Shown here piece by piece: positions 52,513 to 62,707 of a stretch of DNA of 64,000 nucleotides. Under the pieces are notes generated by a model. The model saw nothing but the letters and a program-made list of their open reading frames with translations. It was not told where the DNA came from and made no database searches. The position numbers and the translations under genes are program-made. The DNA is from Porphyridium purpureum (Eukaryota): assembly GCA_008690995.1 (NCBI GenBank), contig VRMN01000004.1:1488001-1552000 (forward strand), given 5' to 3'. Within the stretch, counting starts at the first letter, position 1, and each line of letters begins with the position of its first letter.

Positions 52513-54423
52513 ATGCACGCGATTGTTCGTGCGGGGAACTTGCGTGGAGCGTGGAGTCGGGTGGCGCCGGTCTGCGGAGGATGGTGTTCGCGCGCATTTG
52601 CCACGAGCGGGTACAAGGTCGTCGATCATGAATACGACGCCGTGGTTGTTGGCGCGGGGGGAGCTGGTCTGCGCGCTACAATCGGGATGTGCGAAGCTGG
52701 GCTGAAGACCGCGAATGTGACTAAGCTGTTTCCAACACGCTCACACACTGTCGCGGCGCAGGGCGGAATCAACGCCGCGCTGGGTAATATGACACGTGAT
52801 GACTGGAGATGGCACATGTATGACACCGTCAAGGGCTCAGACTGGTTGGGCGACCAGGACGCCATTCATTATATGTGCCGCGAGGCGCCTGCGGCAGTGC
52901 TGGAGCTCGAGCGGTACGGTGTGCCGTTCAGCCGAACAGAGGACAGCAAAATCTACCAGCGCGCATTTGGCGGCCAGAGCCTCGACTTTGGAAAGGGCGG
53001 GCAGGCGTATCGATGTGCTGCCGCCGCAGATCGCACCGGTCACGCGCTGCTTCATACGTTGTACGGCCAGGCGCTCAAGCACGACGCCACTTTCTTTGTG
53101 GAATACTTTGCGCTCGACTTGCTGATGTCGCAGGACGGCAAGTGCGTCGGCGTGCTGGCTTTGTGCCTGGAAGACGGAACGCTGCATCGCTTTAAATCAA
53201 ACGCGACCGTGCTGGCCACAGGCGGCTACGGTCGCGCCTACTTTTCGGCCACATCGGCACACACTTGCACTGGCGACGGAAACGCCATGGCGGCGCGCGC
53301 TGGGCTACCGCTGGAAGATCAGGAGTTTGTGCAGTTTCATCCCACTGGTATCTATGGCGCCGGGTGTCTGATCACCGAAGGCTGCCGAGGGGAGGGTGGA
53401 TTTTTGAAGAATGCGAACGGAGAGCGCTTCATGGAGCGATACGCACCGTCGGCTAAGGATCTTGCTTCTCGTGATGTGGTGTCGCGCTCGATGACCATTG
53501 AAATCCGAGAGGGGCGTGGCGTCGGCCCGCAGGGCGACCACATTTACTTGCACTTGGATCATCTGCCAAAGGAAGTACTTGACTCGCGTCTGCCGGGAAT
53601 CACAGAGACCGCCAAGATTTTCGCAGGTGTCGATGCGTACAAAGAGCCCATTCCAGTGCTGCCCACGGTGCACTACAACATGGGCGGCGTGCCGACAAAC
53701 TGGAAGGGCGAGGTGATCAAGCTGGACGCCGACGGCAAAGATGAAGTCGTCCCTGGTTTATACGCGTGCGGGGAAGTGGCGTGCGCGTCAGTCCACGGCG
53801 CAAATAGGCTTGGAGCAAACTCGCTGCTCGATCTTGTCGTCTTTGGGCGCGCCGTCTCGCACACAGTTGGAGAGAAGCTGAAGCCCGGGCAGACGGTGGC
53901 GACAGAGGACCCGGCAGTCACGGAACGCTCCATCTGGAACATGGAACGCTTCCGCAATGCCAAAGGGTCACGCAGCGTCGCAAGTGTGCGCCTCGCTATG
54001 CAAAAGGTGATGCAAAACAACGCGGCAGTGTTCCGCACGCAAGATTCACTCGCGGACGGATGCACCAAGATTGACGAGGTCTATCAGCAATTGGGCGATG
54101 TGGGCGTGGAGGACCGCTCACTCGTTTGGAACACAGATTTGATCGAGGCACTCGAGTTGCAGAACCTTTTGCAGAATGCGGTGGTGACCATGCACTCTGC
54201 CGAGGCGCGTAAAGAGTCTCGCGGCGCACATGCGCGAGAAGACTTTAAGGATCGCGACGACGAAAATTGGATGAAACATACCATGGCGTACGTCGCGGAC
54301 CACACTGGCGATCCCCTGAGTTCAGATCGCGGTCTTGTGAAACTGGAGTACAGGCCTGTCATCAATTCGTCGCTAGACGAATCAGAGCAAAAGCCGTTCC
54401 CCCCGGCGAAGCGCGTCTACTAA
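52513..54423 (+). CDS. SDH1: Succinate dehydrogenase flavoprotein subunit, mitochondrial
   Basis: [16 protein letters not shown] (FAD His), [37 protein letters not shown]. Confidence 0.98.
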   Translation: MHAIVRAGNLRGAWSRVAPVCGGWCSRAFATSGYKVVDHEYDAVVVGAGGAGLRATIGMCEAGLKTANVTKLFPTRSHTVAAQGGINAALGNMTRDDWRWHMYDTVKGSDWLGDQDAIHYMCREAPAAVLELERYGVPFSRTEDSKIYQRAFGGQSLDFGKGGQAYRCAAAADRTGHALLHTLYGQALKHDATFFVEYFALDLLMSQDGKCVGVLALCLEDGTLHRFKSNATVLATGGYGRAYFSATSAHTCTGDGNAMAARAGLPLEDQEFVQFHPTGIYGAGCLITEGCRGEGGFLKNANGERFMERYAPSAKDLASRDVVSRSMTIEIREGRGVGPQGDHIYLHLDHLPKEVLDSRLPGITETAKIFAGVDAYKEPIPVLPTVHYNMGGVPTNWKGEVIKLDADGKDEVVPGLYACGEVACASVHGANRLGANSLLDLVVFGRAVSHTVGEKLKPGQTVATEDPAVTERSIWNMERFRNAKGSRSVASVRLAMQKVMQNNAAVFRTQDSLADGCTKIDEVYQQLGDVGVEDRSLVWNTDLIEALELQNLLQNAVVTMHSAEARKESRGAHAREDFKDRDDENWMKHTMAYVADHTGDPLSSDRGLVKLEYRPVINSSLDESEQKPFPPAKRVY

Positions 54424-54690
54424 AGCTAGCGAGTGTCACTGATTTTGGAGTCCTATAAACACAAGTATGACACAAACTCCTTTGTGATTATCGCTTTGGA
54501 AAGACAAGCCGCGCCTGTGGTAGGTTTTTGCGCCATCCTTCTTAGTGGGATCATGGGTCCGCAGGATTCTCAGCGCGATGCCGACTGTCCTCCGACTTCC
54601 GGCAAGCAGAGTCCTGACAGCGTGCGTTTAAGGCAGATGGACATGCTGTGCGTATTTCTGGTAAAATGAAATATAGCTGTTTGTCTATTA

Positions 54691-56025
54691 TTAATCCTGT
54701 TCGGCCATCTCTTGCAATTTGCGCTGTTGATCGTCAATGATGCAAGACTGAATTAGCTCCTCTATCGCACCGTCCAAAAAGGACTGCAGCGGAAAATTCT
54801 TGTTAAGCCTGTGGTCTGTGCACCGGCTGTCTTTGTAATTGTAAGTGCGAACCTTTTCAGAGCGCGCGCCCGTGCCTACCTGAGCGAGGCGTGCTCCTCG
54901 CACCTCGCTCTGCTGCTTTTCAAGCTCAATCTCGTATAGCCGCGCACGCAACATCGTCATGGCAAGCTCTCGGTTCAAAAGCTGCGAGCGTTCCTGCGTG
55001 CAAAAGATTCGAATTCCAGTTGGCTTATGCGTGAGATCCACAGCCGTCTCGACCTTGTTCACGTTTTGGCCACCCGCACCACCCGAACGTGCGGTTGTCA
55101 TCTCTATATCCTTAGGGTCAATCTTGACCGTGACTTCGTCTACTTCTGGCATAATCGCGACGGTTGCTGTCGACGTGTGTACACGTCCCTGTGATTCCGT
55201 GGCCGGAACGCGCTGCACGCGATGAACCCCGGCCTCGTACTTCATCTTGGAGTAGACTTTATCGCCCGTCACCTGGATAATGCATTCCTTGTACCCACCC
55301 GTCTCGGCTTCGGACGCTGACAGGATCTGCGCTTGCCATCCCAACGCCTGCCAATATTTGGTGTACGCGCGCACAATGTCGCCAGCCCAGATGCCTGCCT
55401 CATCGCCACCGGTACCCGCACGAATCTCCACCATCACGTTCTTATCGTCATTGGGGTCAGACGGAAGCAGCAAAACTTGAAGGTCCTTTTCGAGCTGTTC
55501 GATTTCTGTCTCCAGCTCGTCTAGTTCAGCCTTGGCCATCTCGCGCAATTCTGGATCCTTCTCCTCCATGAGCATATCCTTGGCGTCCTGACGCTCGGAC
55601 GTAGCCGTTTTCCATCGTTCATACAGCGTCACAATACCCTCAAGCTCGGCGCGCGCCTTTGTAATGCGCAGCATTTCCGGCGGGTTGGTGCAAATCTCCG
55701 GATCCGCCAGCTGCCGCGTCAACGAGTCAAACATCGTCTTGCTACTTTCCAACTTTCGCAGCATGGAGTCGCTGGACGCCGCCGTCGGCGAACTCCCCGC
55801 AGCCATCATCACAAAACATGCTCCACGCGCCACCTTTGCCAAAGCAACATTCGCATTCCGACACGAGCGCAGCTGACGCCCTTGCGACGATGCAGCACCG
55901 CTGTTTGTCCCTACGCGCGCACACACACGCTTCCTCCGTCCCGCATTGGAAACCGCGGGACCACCGCACGCAGCAGAAACGGCAGCGCCGGCGCCAGTGC
56001 CACCAACTCCCACAAAAAACATCAT
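54691..56025 (-). CDS. prfA: Peptide chain release factor 1, organellar (probably plastid)
   Basis: [17 protein letters not shown] (RF1 PxT), [12 protein letters not shown] (GGQ), RTYNY; MMFFVG transit-like start (alternative ATG at 56067). Confidence 0.95.
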   Translation of the reverse strand: MMFFVGVGGTGAGAAVSAACGGPAVSNAGRRKRVCARVGTNSGAASSQGRQLRSCRNANVALAKVARGACFVMMAAGSSPTAASSDSMLRKLESSKTMFDSLTRQLADPEICTNPPEMLRITKARAELEGIVTLYERWKTATSERQDAKDMLMEEKDPELREMAKAELDELETEIEQLEKDLQVLLLPSDPNDDKNVMVEIRAGTGGDEAGIWAGDIVRAYTKYWQALGWQAQILSASEAETGGYKECIIQVTGDKVYSKMKYEAGVHRVQRVPATESQGRVHTSTATVAIMPEVDEVTVKIDPKDIEMTTARSGGAGGQNVNKVETAVDLTHKPTGIRIFCTQERSQLLNRELAMTMLRARLYEIELEKQQSEVRGARLAQVGTGARSEKVRTYNYKDSRCTDHRLNKNFPLQSFLDGAIEELIQSCIIDDQQRKLQEMAEQD

Positions 56026-56257
56026 CGCGCGCTCACGGGAACACGGCTCGGCCATCAGCTTTTCCATCTCGGCAGTCTCCGTCCGTGCCTTGCCCCAACG
56101 CACAAAGCCGAGACCGGTCTCCGGAAAATGATAGAATGGGGTCGTTTACTTATGAACACGTGTTGAGCTGTCGCGGCCGGCGCGCGCGGCAACAGCGACC
56201 GAGTCGCGGCTGGGCAACCTCGAAGGTGGACGAGATCAGGACGACGGAGAACGGAGA

Positions 56258-58075
56258 ATGGCATTTGTGTTTGGTGCCGCTGTGCGGCCGCCGAATGGCG
56301 CCGCTTGCGCGCTGCGTAGTTATGGTGGTGCGGAGTGTCGTGTCCGTAGAGAATTGGCATGCACGGCGCGGTTCTCCGCAAGGCGGACGCTGGTGAGAAT
56401 GCGTGCCGGGCCGGCGACGCCGTCCGGTCACGCGTCTCATGCGGCTGCGGAGATGGGTGAGGATAGCGAGGAAGATGGGTTTGAGAGTGATGACATTGGC
56501 TGGGAACAACAGTTTCCGCAGGATGACGCTGACTTTGAAGCGTTTGTCGCGCGCCAGCAGGAGCTTGACAAGCAGTATGCGGACATTGAGAGCAGACGGA
56601 AAGCAGCTATTTTGAGCGACGAAATCGATTCAGAGCGACAACAGGACGGAGTAGAAGGTGACGGCTCGGCACGGTCGGCTCCAGTAGCCTTGAAGCGTAA
56701 GCGGCGTCCGAAGCTGCCAGTTGTCGTCATCATTGGTCGGCCAAACGTGGGCAAATCACAATTGATGAACCGCATTGCAGGTGACTTCAAAGCAGGCTCA
56801 ATTGTACAAGACGTGGTCGGAATCACGCGCGACCGCACGTACCGGCCGGCCTTCTGGGCTCAGTACGAATTCTCGCTGGTCGACACGGGCGGTCTGATTT
56901 TTGACGACGACCCGACGCAGGCGTTCATTGCAGAGATTCGCCAGCAAGCTCTGATTGCGCTGGAGGAGTGCAAAGCAGCAATTTTGGTGGTCGATGGTCA
57001 GGCGGGCTTGAATCCCCTGGATGAGCAAATTGCCTCATTTCTTCGCAAGGAAGCCGGGCATGTGCCCGTGACCGTTGCGGTGAACAAGTGCGAGTCAGAC
57101 ATGGGCACATCGTACGCCGCAGACTTTTGGTCGCTGGGGCTTGGAGAGCCATTTCCCGTGTCTGCGCTGCACGGCACGGGCACGGGAGACCTTTTGGACA
57201 ATGTGGTCAAGGCTTTACCCGTTGTCAACACAGACTTGATTCAGAATGAATCCTTAGGGCCAAACGAGGAGTGGCTGCAAGAAATCAGTGTAGCGATTGT
57301 GGGCAAGCCCAACGCCGGTAAGTCGTCCATTCTCAACAAGTTACTCGGGAAAGAGCGTGCCATCGTGAGCACGATTGCGGGCACGACACGAGACACGGTC
57401 GATGACGTTGTTATCAGGGACCACGCGGAGTATCGCCTGCTTGATACCGCTGGCATTCGGCGCAAAAAGAACATCAAGTACGGTACAGAGTTTTTCATGA
57501 TCAACCGCGCGTTCAAGTCTATTCGCCGCAGTGATGTTGCGTTGTTGGTGATCGATGTGATGGACGGTGTGACGGAGCAGGACCGCAAAATTGCCGAGCG
57601 CATCATTGCTGAAGGGCGTGCCTGCATTATAGTGGTGAACAAGTGGGACTTGTACGAGGACAAGACGGACAAGTCATTCACAAAAGTGCAGGAGCAAATC
57701 CGTGACGATCTTCCCATGCTGAAATGGGCACCCATTACGCTGGTAAGCGCGTTGACGGGGAAGCGGATTCCAAGTCTGCTGCAGATGGTGGACGAGGTGT
57801 ATGCGCAGTACCGGCGGCGCGTGAGTACGGCCGTGCTAAACGAGGCGTTAGAGGAGCTGGTAGATTGGCACAAGCCGCCTAGCACAGCCACGGCGAAGCA
57901 GGGCAAGGTCTACTTTTGCACGCAGGTCGCCAGTGCGCCGCCCACCATCGCCATGTTCGTCAATTCGACCAAGCTGTTTTCAGACAACTACAAGCGATAC
58001 ACAGACAGCAAGTTCCGATCGATTCTTGGCTTTGAGGGCACTCCGCTGCGAATTCTGTGGCGAACCAAGACGTGA
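56258..58075 (+). CDS. der: Ribosome biogenesis GTPase Der/EngA, plastid-targeted
   Basis: Two G-domains: GRPNVGKS/DTGG/NKCE and GKPNAGKS/DTAG/NKWD; C-terminal KH-like PPT...FEGTPLR; MAFVFG transit peptide. Confidence 0.96.
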   Translation: MAFVFGAAVRPPNGAACALRSYGGAECRVRRELACTARFSARRTLVRMRAGPATPSGHASHAAAEMGEDSEEDGFESDDIGWEQQFPQDDADFEAFVARQQELDKQYADIESRRKAAILSDEIDSERQQDGVEGDGSARSAPVALKRKRRPKLPVVVIIGRPNVGKSQLMNRIAGDFKAGSIVQDVVGITRDRTYRPAFWAQYEFSLVDTGGLIFDDDPTQAFIAEIRQQALIALEECKAAILVVDGQAGLNPLDEQIASFLRKEAGHVPVTVAVNKCESDMGTSYAADFWSLGLGEPFPVSALHGTGTGDLLDNVVKALPVVNTDLIQNESLGPNEEWLQEISVAIVGKPNAGKSSILNKLLGKERAIVSTIAGTTRDTVDDVVIRDHAEYRLLDTAGIRRKKNIKYGTEFFMINRAFKSIRRSDVALLVIDVMDGVTEQDRKIAERIIAEGRACIIVVNKWDLYEDKTDKSFTKVQEQIRDDLPMLKWAPITLVSALTGKRIPSLLQMVDEVYAQYRRRVSTAVLNEALEELVDWHKPPSTATAKQGKVYFCTQVASAPPTIAMFVNSTKLFSDNYKRYTDSKFRSILGFEGTPLRILWRTKT

Positions 58076-59038
58076 GAGGGGACGCAAGCCGCCTGCTCCG
58101 CCGGATTGGTGGGTTTGAAGTGTAGCTGAATCAGATTGCTGCGCTGCAGGCATGGTCATTGGTGCACCCCGCCACTGGCAGAATTCAATGTGGAACCGAG
58201 CGCCGCTATGCGCCTTTCATGCGGCACACGCCCGTCCCACAGAACCTTGAAATTGCCCTGTGAGCGGCCAAGCAGCTGCCTGACCATATATTGGATGTGC
58301 AACTAAATGAATAATCAGCATATCATCCGCCCTTTCCAGCGCTCCGTGTTAAGATCCGTCATCGATTCTCCTCCTGTCTCCTCCTGTGTGTGTCTCTCTC
58401 TCTGTCCGCATAGCGAATCGAATCCGTCCTTGCGGGCACGCACATCAAACCCGAAAAGCTGCGTCGGATTTTCACCGCGTAACGGAATGAACTGCTGCTG
58501 CTCCCGCCGCTGCTGGTGGTGTTTTTTTTCCCCTGGTCCCCTTTCCGCTTGTACGAGTTAAATTAGAACGCCTCCCGATTTTTAAATTTATTCCACGTTC
58601 GCTGATGCGCGCTTTGTCGGATTCAAACGCATGCTGATGGGGTGCGTGCGGATAGACGGATGAGTCCAGGTCCGAGTCGGACACGCCGAACTCAACCGCT
58701 CACCGCACGTTGACAACATGGAACCTGACACCTCGTACGACGGAGGGGATGGGCCTGCGCTTTGCACGTGAAGCGGTACTCGCGCGATCATCGCCTCCGC
58801 CGCTGTATGATGAGTGCGCGCATCGAGACCTGTCAGCGACGCACGAACGCACATTCGCTGCGCTCTGCGTGCTGAACGGAAGAGCACGCACGAAGAGTGT
58901 GCATTTATCTGTCGGGGCCCGGTATAAGAGGCAATGACCGTGCACTCGCCCCGTAAACGATACGTGCAGTCGGGCAGCGCAGAGAATTAACATCGCATTC
59001 GTGCGCGAATCCAAGAGGAAGAAAGAAACTGGGGGGGC

Positions 59039-59437
59039 ATGGACGCGCAGGTTGTCATGGACAGTGCTGAGCAGACATGCCAGCCACCGCGATTGAGCGC
59101 TAGGCTGTCAGACGATATGCAAGAACTAAGAACCGATGCTGTGGCTCCGGTGCTTCTTGTCCTCGAACAGAGGTACACCTGCTTGGAACGATGGCCGCAA
59201 CGGATTTGCTACAGCGGACGCGGGCGCTTTGAGCCCACCTTGGAAACAATCCTCGACATGCCGGACGAAGAGCGGGACGCCGCGGAGCAAGCTGCACAAG
59301 CCGTGGCGGCCCATGTTAAGAGAAAAGCAACCCAGCCACCGGCCTTTCATCCCAAAGTCGGACAGACTGTTCGCGCTCTTCAGCTAACGACTCTAGCCGA
59401 TCACACACATATGTGCAACGTCTTGTCCATTCAATAA
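59039..59437 (+). CDS. Hypothetical protein (132 aa)
   Basis: ATG-initiated ORF with TATAAG at 58923 and a purine-rich leader; no family recognised. Confidence 0.45.
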   Translation: MDAQVVMDSAEQTCQPPRLSARLSDDMQELRTDAVAPVLLVLEQRYTCLERWPQRICYSGRGRFEPTLETILDMPDEERDAAEQAAQAVAAHVKRKATQPPAFHPKVGQTVRALQLTTLADHTHMCNVLSIQ

Positions 59438-59581
59438 GAAAAAAATCGGTTCGGCTTCTTACTCTATTCAACATCCCAATGGACATCTTCCTCGGTCTCT
59501 CCTGAAAGTGCTGCTCCTGCTGCTACAGCCACCAACAGATGCAGCCCCTCTGCCCTTCCAACCTTTCTGTCATCGTCAGGT

Positions 59582-61930
59582 TCACTTTGAAGTTAGCTGG
59601 CTGTGCAGCAGCGCCATATGGCGCGTGAGCTTGTTGCGCTGTTTGAATGACCTGCCGCACTGCTCACATTCGAATGGGCGTAGATTCTGGTGCACTGTTG
59701 CCAGGTGCTGGTTCAAGTTACCAATCGTCTTGAAAAACTTATTGTCGCACAGCTCACACTGGTAGTCATATGCGTCCGAGTGGATCTGCGCGACGTGCGA
59801 CTTGAGATGCGACAGCTGCAGAAATGCAGAGCCGCACTCATCACATCGGTACTTCCGCTCAGCAGGAGCGACCGCAGACGAGCCTTCACGAAACAAACTG
59901 GTGCCCACGGTCAATTGATCGGCGCGAGCCCGCTTTGATCCTCTGCTGCCTCCAGGACTTGAGCTGCTAGCTCGCGGTTCTTTCGGCGGATTTGCAAGTG
60001 TCACTTTTTGAGCCTTCGCAAGTGCAGCTCTACCAGGCAATGCGCCTGGTGTACATTCATCCTTAGAGAACAACGCATCATAGCTGGCACCACTGAACAT
60101 AGAAGCTTCTCTTGTAGACTCAGCTGATTCTAACGCGGGAACCTGACAGGCAGCCGCTGCAACCATCGAGGCGTTCATTACGGCCGGGGCCGTCATTCTC
60201 GACTCAGGCCGAGTCTCGCTGCTGCACACGAGTTGCATGGTGGCTAAAGGAACAGAATCGGTACCGTCATCGTCCCCAGCGTCATCTCTACTGTGGCTAC
60301 CTAGAGCGCCAGCGACGCTACTCCCACACGAATTACAGCTGCTGCAGATGCTCCTGTCATCCCTCGACCCCGAGTGGCCCGACTCATCGCTTGTCAAACG
60401 ATCCAAGCTAGTGAGACTGAAAGCATCATGGCTATTTTCCTCGATTGCAGAACCGTGCATGAGGGACATGCGCCGCCGTCTTGACCGACTGCTGCTGTCA
60501 CTGTGAAACGGGTAGCTGCGATCGACACTGAGCAAATCAAGCAGCTTGCCGATTAGCAGCATTTTGATGTCACGCGCGTGATCACCACGAACCATTTCGT
60601 TTTGGCCCAAGGTCTGCTTGGTAAATAGCTGCTGCCGCACGCCGTTTCCCAAACCGTACAGTGTGAGTTTACGCCTCGCGAGCTCGCCTCGAAAGACGCG
60701 CACATAATCCCAAAATTCACTGATGCTGCGCGCATGAACTCGGCTCGGCACCATCGCGCCTGAACTGCGGATGACCATCGGCTCTGCACAGGAGCACAAC
60801 GTTCCGCGCACAGCGCAAAACTGACACATTTTGTCACGCTGCACGATGCAGTGCATCAACAAACTCCTCAGAAAATGAGATTGGCTCCATGGACATGCGT
60901 CCAGCGCCGACGCATCCAGAAGAAACCCCTCTCCGATTGTTTCTGTGTCCGAAGCAGTCGTAGAAAACTCTAGCGACCACTTACGATCCCTCCGTCTCGC
61001 GCACTTCAAAATGTACAGACCATCTTGATAAGACAGGTCGACGACAGCGCGGTGGAACGAGCTTGTAACGCCCTCTTCTGGATCATCACCGGGCCGCATG
61101 AATCCCTTCGCGTTCGCAGAGTCATACAACACCGACAAGAAAACCAGGCTGCCTCGTTGATACATGGGTACGAACAGTGAACGAATCACCGGCTTGGGTG
61201 AGAGTCCGCTCGGATCATTTATCGTGGAGAATTCGTCGCCGCTTACATCTTCGCGGTACTCCAAGGACGCCGCGTTCTCCATGAGATTCAAGCTGACATG
61301 ATGATCAATGAAGCCCGCGATATTCTTGCTCACATCGTCCGGCGAAGGGGCGCCTCTGAGCCACTCGAGCACGCTCGGGTTTTCTAGCATTTTCATCATC
61401 AGACCCAGCTTGGACGAAGCTGGCTTGGCCATGAGCGTTCCGCGTTCCGCTGCATTGTTCAATTGTAGCCCGGACCGGACAGGAGTCCGCGATGAGACGA
61501 ATTGCTGTTGTGGTTGTTGTTGTTGTTGCATACTTGGTTCCAGGTGCTGATGTCGCATCTGCAGCGGCGGCCGCGGCTGCGGCCGGGGCGGCCGACACGA
61601 GCTTACTCTAATTGTCTCCGAAGCTGGCTGCCGAGGCCACGCCGCCAAGCTTGCAACAGCGTCAACTCCATCATCCGCCACAGAAGCCAGCGAAATGACC
61701 TCTGCGGCCAACTTGTGCTCAGCATCCGAAACCGCGACGCCTGTGCACCAACCAGGACCACTAAGCGTCACCTCGGCAACCCGCGCGCGAACCGCCGCTT
61801 CGGCAGGGCCTTGCAGCGCGCCGAACCCCACTGCGTTGGGTTCCACGCCCACCGAGGACTCATCCGAGCTCAGGCGCCGCGCCTTCCTCGCTCGCTCTCC
61901 ACATCCCTCCCCTCTTCCTTCCCTCTCCAT
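59582..61930 (-). CDS. C2H2 zinc-finger transcription factor (three C-terminal fingers)
   Basis: YRCDECGSAF..HLKSHVAQIH; YQCELCDNKFF...HLATVH; RPFECEQCGRSF...HMALLH. Confidence 0.9.
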   Translation of the reverse strand: MEREGRGEGCGERARKARRLSSDESSVGVEPNAVGFGALQGPAEAAVRARVAEVTLSGPGWCTGVAVSDAEHKLAAEVISLASVADDGVDAVASLAAWPRQPASETIRVSSCRPPRPQPRPPLQMRHQHLEPSMQQQQQPQQQFVSSRTPVRSGLQLNNAAERGTLMAKPASSKLGLMMKMLENPSVLEWLRGAPSPDDVSKNIAGFIDHHVSLNLMENAASLEYREDVSGDEFSTINDPSGLSPKPVIRSLFVPMYQRGSLVFLSVLYDSANAKGFMRPGDDPEEGVTSSFHRAVVDLSYQDGLYILKCARRRDRKWSLEFSTTASDTETIGEGFLLDASALDACPWSQSHFLRSLLMHCIVQRDKMCQFCAVRGTLCSCAEPMVIRSSGAMVPSRVHARSISEFWDYVRVFRGELARRKLTLYGLGNGVRQQLFTKQTLGQNEMVRGDHARDIKMLLIGKLLDLLSVDRSYPFHSDSSSRSRRRRMSLMHGSAIEENSHDAFSLTSLDRLTSDESGHSGSRDDRSICSSCNSCGSSVAGALGSHSRDDAGDDDGTDSVPLATMQLVCSSETRPESRMTAPAVMNASMVAAAACQVPALESAESTREASMFSGASYDALFSKDECTPGALPGRAALAKAQKVTLANPPKEPRASSSSPGGSRGSKRARADQLTVGTSLFREGSSAVAPAERKYRCDECGSAFLQLSHLKSHVAQIHSDAYDYQCELCDNKFFKTIGNLNQHLATVHQNLRPFECEQCGRSFKQRNKLTRHMALLHSQLTSK

Positions 61931-62440
61931 CCCCACGCTCCCTTTCCCCCACCCATCCCACTAGCGCCCACTCCGACCACCTTTCCCAGTTCCGCATACT
62001 TTCTCTTCTCGCCTCTCGCTTAACGGTTTAACGGTCCGCCGGTCCATCGGTTTGAACAATTACCGCATTGCACTTTCTTTCAGAAACATGCTATTCTAGT
62101 TACAGACGCTTCTGCATTGCAAAGCAATGTGTGTAGCAAACAGCGTGGGACGACTTCGGCATGTAGATTTTGTGCACACCTGCACACGTTCAGAAGTTGA
62201 GACCGAGACCGTGACGCTTATTGCACGCGATGCGCTTGAACAAGCGCGCGCGCGCTGCTCGACACTGCCGAGTCGCCCGTTCACCGCGCGGTGCCCTCAC
62301 TGCCTGCACATCGACCCGCGGCTGGCGTTTCGACGTCCTCGCCAGCGTCCAGGCATGCTTAACTACGCTCCGATACCGCAGCCGCAGCCGTATCCGCAAT
62401 CAACGAAACACCGAGCGAGACAGTAGGTCGGTCTGGAGCG

Positions 62441-62475
62441 TGACTGCGTGACTGCGTGACTGCGTGACTGCGTGA
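62441..62475. repeat. (TGACTGCG)x4 tandem repeat in a divergent intergenic region
   Basis: tgactgcg tgactgcg tgactgcg tgactgcg tga. Confidence 0.9.
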
Positions 62476-62707
62476 ATGAGTGAATGCGCGAGTCGGCACG
62501 AGGTCGCACACCGAGAGAAGATGGTCGTGCTCTGCCTCCATTCCATCTGGAGAACACACAAGGCGAGCGATGAACCGATAAGGTTCAGTTGTTATTGACG
62601 ATGCGTTTTGTAGTGTTCTGTTGATTTTCAGGGGACAAGGAAGAAGAACGAGAAGGAGGGAAGAATGGTGTTGAAAGGGAAGAAGAGAAGGAGGAGGAGG
62701 AGACGGC

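Noticed and set aside
62441..62475. CRISPR-like array
   Set aside because: An 8-nt tandem repeat with no spacers and no cas genes, in a eukaryotic context.
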